From Isurus oxyrinchus (lineage: Eukaryota): DNA of 64,000 nt. Both the position numbers and the translations under genes were made by a program. Under the pieces are notes generated by a model. It worked only from the letters and a program-made list of their open reading frames with translations. It did not search any database and was not told where the DNA came from. Below, one piece after another: positions 60,355 through 64,000 of this stretch; position 1 is the first letter of the stretch; the number at the start of each line of letters is the position of its first letter. The stretch covers positions 5,580,001 through 5,644,000 of the forward strand of contig JANJGN010000038.1 in assembly GCA_026770705.1 (NCBI GenBank). Reading direction: 5' to 3'.

Positions 60355-61450
60355 TCCATTTCCCAGATACCAACTCCATCCCTCTCCCTGGGAACAGTCT
60401 GAGATTAAACCAGTCTGTTCACAACCTCGGTGTCACATTTGATCTCGAAATGAGTTGCTGACCTCATTGTGTGTGCCTTCACTAAGATCGTTTGTTTCTA
60501 CCTCCGTAATATCACCTGACCTCACCCCTGTCTCAGCTGCTGCTGAAACCCTCAATACTGCCATTTTTACCTCCAGACTCGACCATTGCAACACACTCCT
60601 GGCTGGTCTCCTACATTCTATCCTCCGTAACCTTGAAGAAATATTTTTGCTGTCTGTGTCTTCACTCACAGCCAGGCCCCTTCCCTGACCTTTCTTGGCT
60701 CCCGTTCAAGCAGCAACTTGATTTTAAAATTCTCATCCTTATTTTCAAATCCCCCCATGGCCTCCTCTCTCCCTATCTCTGCAATCTCCTGCAGACCCAC
60801 AACCCTCTGAGATATCTGTAATGCTCTAATTTTAGCATTCCTTGTTTTAATTGCTCCACCATTAGTGTCAGTGCCTTCAGTTCCCTCAAGCTCTGAAATT
60901 CTCTCCCTCTGTCTACCACACTTTCCCCCTTTAAGACAATTGAGTATTAATGAAAAAAGACATTGTGGCAAAACGTTTTATCTTATACTCATCAGGATAG
61001 AGGGAGGAATACCAAATTTCAAAAATTATCAGTCATCCACAGGGACCTGTCCTCTGCAGGCAGAAGGAACAAGTCCAGGCACGGGGCCTATTGTGGAATT
61101 AAACAAAAGCGCAGAGGATGACAGCTCCTTGCTGTGTTCTCTATGGCAACAACCAATCAGAGCTGACGGGCCAACCAATCTGCACCCTTTTCTCATGCAG
61201 CAGAAATTGTTGTTCCCTTTGAAATTTGGGATTCTTGTGTCTGTCCTGGTGAGTGCAAGTCGAAAAGTTTTGACAGCTTGTCTCTTTTTACAGTTATAAT
61301 CAAATTCCGTACAATCAAACTACTATTTAACTATTTTTGGTCACCTGCCCTAATATCTCCTCCTGTGTCTGGGTGTCACACTTTGTTTTATAATTTCCCT
61401 GTGAAGCTCACTGGGATGATGTATGATGTTAATAGAAGTTGTTGTTGTTT
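60355..61450 (+). mobile_element. L2-type LINE 3' fragments with an intervening insertion
   Basis: AAETLNTAIFTSRLDHCNTLLAGL, LSWLPFKQQLDFKIL; tail AAGTTGTTGTTGTT. Confidence 0.75.
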
Positions 61451-61539
61451 CTGACTGTTACCCTGATCTCCTCTTTTACAACAACCCATTGATTTGACAC
61501 CAAACTCTATCTCTGATTTATTGTCCCTCCTGCAGGTCA

Positions 61540-62060
61540 TTCATCCGGGTCTGCAGCCTCTGTAAAGATGGCGGCCACGCATGCTCCCTGTTGGACATTG
61601 CCCCCTACAAAGATGGTGGCCGCACATGCGCTCTGCGCTGCTTGCCCCCTATATACATGAAGCCGTTAACTCGGGCCTACTTCCGGAGAAATAGCCTGAA
61701 CTGTCGTTGAACCAATGGTTCCTTATTGAGGGTTTAGGACAGAGGTCGTGAATTTATAAAGGCTCCCAACTTCCCCGCCAGCCCTATCTATGCTCACAGT
61801 TTTTTTTTCAGCTCACAGTCCGCACTCAGTCTTTGTAAATCCTGCATTTCAAATCCGCTCGCTCCAAATGTAAATCACGTCTGACTTCACGCTCTGCGCA
61901 CTTATCAAGCTCACAATGATTGACGGCAGCTCCGAACCAATAGGGACAGGGGGCGGGCCTGGAGGAACAAGCGGGAGCGGCTGGTCCTCCGGCCAATCGG
62001 AATGAATGAGGGGCGTGGTGGACTGAATTGGAGCATGCGCATTGGGGGTTGAGGATCGGG
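61540..62060. promoter_or_regulatory. Bidirectional CpG promoter between ZNF B (minus) and ZNF D (plus)
   Basis: AAGATGGCGGC (YY1) at 61565; GCATGC-type motifs at 61579-61632 and 62033; CCAAT at 61937 and 61993; GC box at 61949. Confidence 0.65.
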
Positions 62061-62234
62061 ATGAAGGTGGTCAGGTTGAGAATCCAGCTGGTGAGAAAGG
62101 GCCGTGTGCAGGAGAGGAATGGAGCTGGAGAGTGGACTGGGAGGATTCACAAACACCCGGTGTAGGACTCCAAACCCGAATTAGAAACTCCCGAAGCCGA
62201 GTTTACACCGAGTGTTTGGAAACTCCTTTTCCAG

Positions 62235-62500
62235 GGGGTTAGAAGGGGAGGATTTACACACAGTAAACTCAAACCAAGAGAAATAATTGTCTCCTCAATT
62301 TCTACCCCTGACTGACAGGGATGGTTTTTTTAAATCTCCTTTTTACAGGATTTTCACTGGGAAGGATTTACAAACGGGGAAACTCAAACCAAACATCACA
62401 TCAAAATCTGACAGAGTCATTGGAGTCATCAGGATCTAAATAACTTTGACTGTGGAAGGAAAAAGGTTTGTCTGTTCCGTTTGTGGGAAAAGCATCAAAT
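62235..62500 (+). pseudogene. Truncated 5' part of ZNF gene D
   Basis: Tandem acceptors as in gene A (ctccttttccag|GGGGTTAGAAGGGGAGG; tttttacag|G) then VEGKRFVCSVCGK; interrupted by repeats. Confidence 0.65.
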
Positions 62501-62601
62501 ATTTCAAAATCCTGGTTAGACTGCACCTAAACCACTGTCATAAAAATTGAAAATGCTGCAAGTGCTCAGCAGGTCTGGCAGCATCTGTGGAGAGAAACAT
62601 A

Positions 62602-62638
62602 GTTAACGTTTCAGGTCAACATGACCTTTCATCAGAAC
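62602..62638 (-). ncRNA. Minimal type I hammerhead ribozyme motif in a Penelope tail fragment
   Basis: GTT-CTGATGA-AAGGTCA-TGT-TGACCT-GAAAC-GTT^AAC: canonical CUGANGA and GAAA core, stem II, GUH triplet, stem I GTT/AAC. Confidence 0.72.
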
Positions 62639-62879
62639 AGGAATGCAGTGTTCAGTTCTGGGCAGCACCTTAGGAAGGATTAACTATATTGGCCTTAGTG
62701 GGAGTGGAGTGCAGATGTACCTGAATAACACCTGGATTCCAACGGTTAAATTATGAGGAGAGGTCAAAAAAATGCTTCAGAGTCATTGCAGCACAGAAAG
62801 AGGCCATTCAGCCCATTGAGTCCATGCCATGTGTCTGTCAAGCAACCCAGTCTGTCTCATTGGCCCATGGTGTATTCAA

Positions 62880-64000
62880 ATCTCGGCACATTTATTTCTC
62901 TTAAATGCTGGTCCAATTTAATTTTAAATCATTGATCATGTCTGATTCCAGCCTCCTCGTAGGTAGTGAGTTCTGGGGTATTACCAATTGTTGTGTAAAA
63001 TGTTCCTCCCTGCATTTGCCCTGTATCTGTTGCGCATAACCTTCAGTCTGTGTCCTTCTAATCCTTGTATCATCACCTAGTGGATACAACTTTCTCTTTG
63101 TCCATCTTATCTAAACCTGTCACAATCTTGTCCACCTTTATCAAATCTCCTCTCAACTCCATTATTCCAAGAATAACTCCAGCTTCTCCAATCTAACCTT
63201 GTAACTGAATTCCTGTTTTCCTGGAACCATTCTGGCAAATCTCCTCCGCAGCCTCTTGAGGACCCTCACATCTTTCCTAAAGTGTGGAGACCAAAACTGG
63301 ATGCAGTACTCCTGTTGTGACCTAACCAGAGCTTTATAACGGGTCATCTTATTTTTCCCTGCTTTTATGCACGTTAAATCTGCTTATAAAGCCCACGATC
63401 CCAGATATTTTGCTAACTGCTCTCTCAATATGTCCTGTCATCTTCAAATGTCTGTGCAGGTCAACCCCCAGGTCCCCCTGTCCCTGCACACTCTTTGGGG
63501 CTGTACCATTAAGTATCTATTGCCTCTCCCTATTCCTTCTGCCAGTATTCATCACCTCACTGTGAGGGTTGCATTCCCTGGAATTTAGAAGATTAAGGAG
63601 GATTTTCTCGAAGTTTTCATGATATTAATTGGAAATGGTGTGGAAGATAGAGAGGAACTATTTCCATTGGTTTGGTGAATCCAGGACTGAGGAACACAGT
63701 CTACAAATTAGAGCCAGACCTTTCAGGAATGAGATTAGGAAAATCTTCTCCAGGTAAGGTTGGGAGAAGTTTGGAATTCTCTTCCTGAATTAGCAGTACA
63801 TGCTTGATCAGTTTCAATCTGACATTGATAGATCTTTGCTAACCCAAGGTATAAATTAAGGCACATGAGACAAAGGGTCACAGATCAGCCGTGATCTGAT
63901 TGCATGGAGGGATAGGCTCGCGGGGCTAAATGGCCAACTCCTGGAATCATAGAAACTTAGAGCACAGAAGGAGGCCATTCAACCATTTGTGCTTGTGCTG
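62880..64000. mobile_element. CR1-type LINE 3' fragments (minus to about 63560, plus thereafter)
   Basis: YKALVRSQQEYCIQFWSPHFRKD on minus; RNEIRKIFS...WNSLP on plus. Confidence 0.8.

Overview
Non-microbial, vertebrate DNA, almost certainly from a cartilaginous fish (shark/ray), in three blocks. (1) About 1-10.7 kb: the 3' end of an immunoglobulin mu (IgM) heavy-chain gene on the + strand, with a CH3 exon, a CH4 exon with secretory tailpiece (...[20 protein letters not shown]), TM1 and TM2 exons and two poly(A) signals. A decayed CR1 LINE lies upstream of CH3, and a ~3.8 kb CA-rich tract (with an N gap) fills the secretory-to-membrane intron. (2) About 12.5-47.4 kb: a mosaic of direct and inverted segmental duplications carrying about 30 tRNA-derived loci (Ser, Glu, Val, Asn, Lys, Leu, Thr). 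Only a few look intact (Asn-GTT at 31230, Ser-TGA at 14388, possibly two more Ser). The block also holds two copies of a degenerate 27-bp array and unexplained exon-like or ORF-like passengers. (3) About 47.9-62.5 kb: mostly pseudogenised C2H2 zinc-finger genes with NRF1/YY1-type promoters, including a head-to-head pair. Penelope-like (RT + GIY-YIG) retroelements and their short tail derivatives occur throughout, with 8-14 bp target-site duplications and minimal hammerhead-ribozyme motifs; the youngest copies share a non-canonical catalytic core. All calls were made by eye; repeat boundaries are approximate and no database search was run.
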